From Octopus bimaculoides (Eukaryota), in NCBI RefSeq assembly GCF_001194135.2, contig NC_068984.1, positions 53,396,291 to 53,460,290 on the forward strand: 64,000 bases of DNA. The letters run 5' to 3'. Positions 61,700-64,000 of this stretch are shown in pieces (position 1 is the stretch's first letter; each line of letters starts with the position of its first letter). The notes under the pieces are model-generated. The model saw only the letters and a list, made by a program, of their open reading frames with translations, was not told the DNA's origin and did not search any database. Position numbers and translations under genes: made by a program.

Positions 61700-61920
61700 A
61701 TGTATTTACTGAAACTACCACATGATATTCATATGATGCACTACTTTGCAATTTGGAACATCTCACCCTTCTGTTCCTTGCACTGCAAAATTTTAGCAAA
61801 CCTTATTTTCAGATTTTCTCTGTGTTACATATGCCAGACTCTTAGCTTCTATTCTGGTTACATGATATTGTTTTTAGCTTCTTGCCTTTCCTTCAATTTT
61901 TCTACACCTGTTTCTTGACT
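61700..61920 (-). mobile_element. RTE-clade LINE relic
   Basis: RFAKILQCKEQKGEMFQIAK*C resembles RTE RFADVLRREDQ..EVFRIAKQC. Confidence 0.45.
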
Positions 61921-61969
61921 TTTATAGCTATATCGACTGTAATATGATTATTTCTAGAAGTCCTCATCC

Positions 61970-62200
61970 AATAACCTGAAGAGACGAAACACCTTAGCCC
62001 AAGCCAGGCATGTATGCTGGTTAAAGGAAAGCGCCACAGAGTATAGCATAAAGTGGAAAATCTTAGAGAAGTGCAAGGCATATTTTAACAGCAGCAGAAA
62101 ATGCAGGTTATGTTTAGCCGAGAAAAGAAGCAGCCAGACATCTACCTAAACTGCAGAAGTGAGATTTTTAGCTCTTTCCCACATGAAAGAAGGTATATCT
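61970..62200 (+). mobile_element. Penelope-like element, C-terminal GIY-YIG region
   Basis: WLKESATEYSIKWKILEKCKAYFNSSRKCRLCLAEK...LNCRSEI matches the PLE pattern W.LK....Y.IKW.I....Y....K.C.LC..EK...LN.RSE. Confidence 0.75.
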
Positions 62201-62722
62201 TATCGTTCTTGGGGGACCCACTATGATTATCACCAGTTCTCCATCTTCGGCTCTTTCACCACCGTATCCAGGGAAAGCCAGCAAAAAGTTTGACCACAAC
62301 ATACTCAAACGAACACACAGATACACATGCACGCTAACATGAGCTTTAGCGTTCGGGCACCTGCCGAGTACCCCCCCCCCACCGCCATAAAAAAAACTAG
62401 ACATATAATACCCCTACACACATTCCAATCCTACTCATATACCAAACGCTTGTAGAAATACATACCAGAGATCTTTGAGGCCAAGTAACTTAAGTCTTGT
62501 TCAGTTCGTTTCGTCTTTTTTCTAAGCACCCACAAACCGGATGTAATTTTTCACCTCCAATAACGGAGAGCAGTCATTTTTTTTATTTTTCGTGCTTGCT
62601 TCTTCTGACAAAGACGCAGTATGCTGTAACAATGCTGTTATCTAATCTAACACCCGGTTTAATACCCAATGCGAAACTGATTGGTAGGATTGGTTGTAAT
62701 AGCTATATTTAATACTGTACAA

Positions 62723-63261
62723 CAGGGGTGGGGAAACTCCTGCTTGCAGGCGCAATTGCACTCGCGAGCCCATTTTATTTCGCCCGCAGGCGGATATACT
62801 CATATGTACAGAATATAGTAAATTTTTCAATTATAAAATTTATACAATATTTGTATGTCTATTTTCGACATAGGTTGCGTTTCCACTACGACTTAAAACG
62901 GTTAGAGTCGAACAGAAAATCATCCGGTAATTGCCATTTGGATGGAAATTTGTTTTCACTATAAAACACATATTGCTAAGTTTGTACTACCCCTTTGAGA
63001 CCCAACTACACGCTAGCTGAAAAATATAGGAACCTCATAGGTAATATAAATGTCCTAAATTCAATGGCGGCGTTAATGAAAATGTTACGAGTTAATTTAA
63101 TGTTAAACTTATCTTTATTAATGTATATTGAATTATACATAGATATATTAGATATATATACAAGATCTACACAGATATAAGAGTTAGAGCTTGTGATCCG
63201 TCCGCGGATCTTTTTCATAGTAAATTTTTCCCCGCTGCACTAAAAAGTTCCCCCACTCCTG
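62723..63261. mobile_element. hAT-Charlie-type non-autonomous element
   Basis: TIRs caggggtggggaaact / rc caggagtgggggaact; internal gcccgc(a/g) and ccgcgg subterminal motifs; TSD degraded. Confidence 0.7.
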
Positions 63262-63789
63262 ATCTAACGTATATATAAAAAAGGATCCCAAATATCTCTG
63301 CCAGAATAATAAGGTTAGCGAAATAATTTGATCAGAGAAATTCGTCAGATTGAAGAGAAAGAATGACTAACTGAAGCCGTGTAAATAGAAAGTCAATGCG
63401 TCAATGTACAGGGACAGCACAGGAATGGGAAGCTATTGTAGAGCTTAATGAAGGGAATGAATTAAGCTAAATGACGATTCTTTCTCATATCCGTCAGTAT
63501 TCGTTCTGTTTCAATCTCCAGTCATCTTGGTGGTAAAGTGAAATGGAAATTATTAATTGTAATCGGCAAGGAAGCGACACATTTTTTGAAATATATCCTA
63601 GTAACGTGCAAATTATTCCAGTCCGAATGTATATAGCTGTATAACCAAGTCTTGAACGAATTTGCTCTGCACTAAAACAACAATTTAACATAAGCAATGT
63701 CTATATGATGACAGTCAATTCCAAGTTGTACCCGGTTGCTTTCTTTTGCAAAAAAAAAAAAAAAGGCAGAAAAATTCAGGCAAAGAAAA

Positions 63790-64000
63790 ATCAAAACCTA
63801 AACTTCAGAATGATATTGATTTCAAATTTTGGTACAAAGGCAGCAATTTCGGAGGAGCGAACAAGTCGATTACATCGACCCCAGTGCTCAACTGGTACTT
63901 ATTTTACCGACCACGAAAGGATGAAAGACGATGTTAATCTCGGTTGAATTTGAACCCAGAGCGTAAAGACAGACGAGATGGCGTTAAACATTTTGCCCAG
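63790..64000 (-). mobile_element. SINE family B, truncated by the window edge
   Basis: gtcgattacatcgaccccagtgctcaactggtacttattt...ggatgaaag...gaatttgaacccagagcgtaaagacagacg. Confidence 0.75.

Overview
AT-rich, repeat-dense animal genomic DNA with several N gaps. The SINE families, microsatellite density and TTAGGG-like repeats suggest an octopod cephalopod (Octopus); this is an inference. Three protein-coding genes lie on the minus strand. (A) A C6orf118/TSNAXIP1_N-like coiled-coil gene, with four phase-compatible coding exons (9577-10152, 6039-6167, 4563-4747, 2745-2803); I could not find its 3' end. A perfect RFX X-box lies upstream. (B) An unnamed six-exon gene encoding about 357 aa (41712 to 22001), which needs a GC-AG intron. 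(C) A full-length Taspase-1 (TASP1) with an intronless CDS (46655-47797). The rest is a mosaic of tRNA-derived SINEs with exchangeable head and tail modules, RTE, Tx1 and Penelope-like fragments, a solo LTR with a 4-bp TSD, hAT, piggyBac and maT DNA elements, and two Helitron RepHel fragments. The most unusual structure is a 0.68-kb foldback element at 42086-42762. It has mirrored TTAGGG/CCCTAA repeats in its centre and CCAAT+CRE motifs in both arms, next to the gene B promoter region. The sequence alone does not prove a new biological system; candidates and tests are listed. All family assignments come from motif recognition, not database searches, and repeat boundaries without TSDs are approximate.
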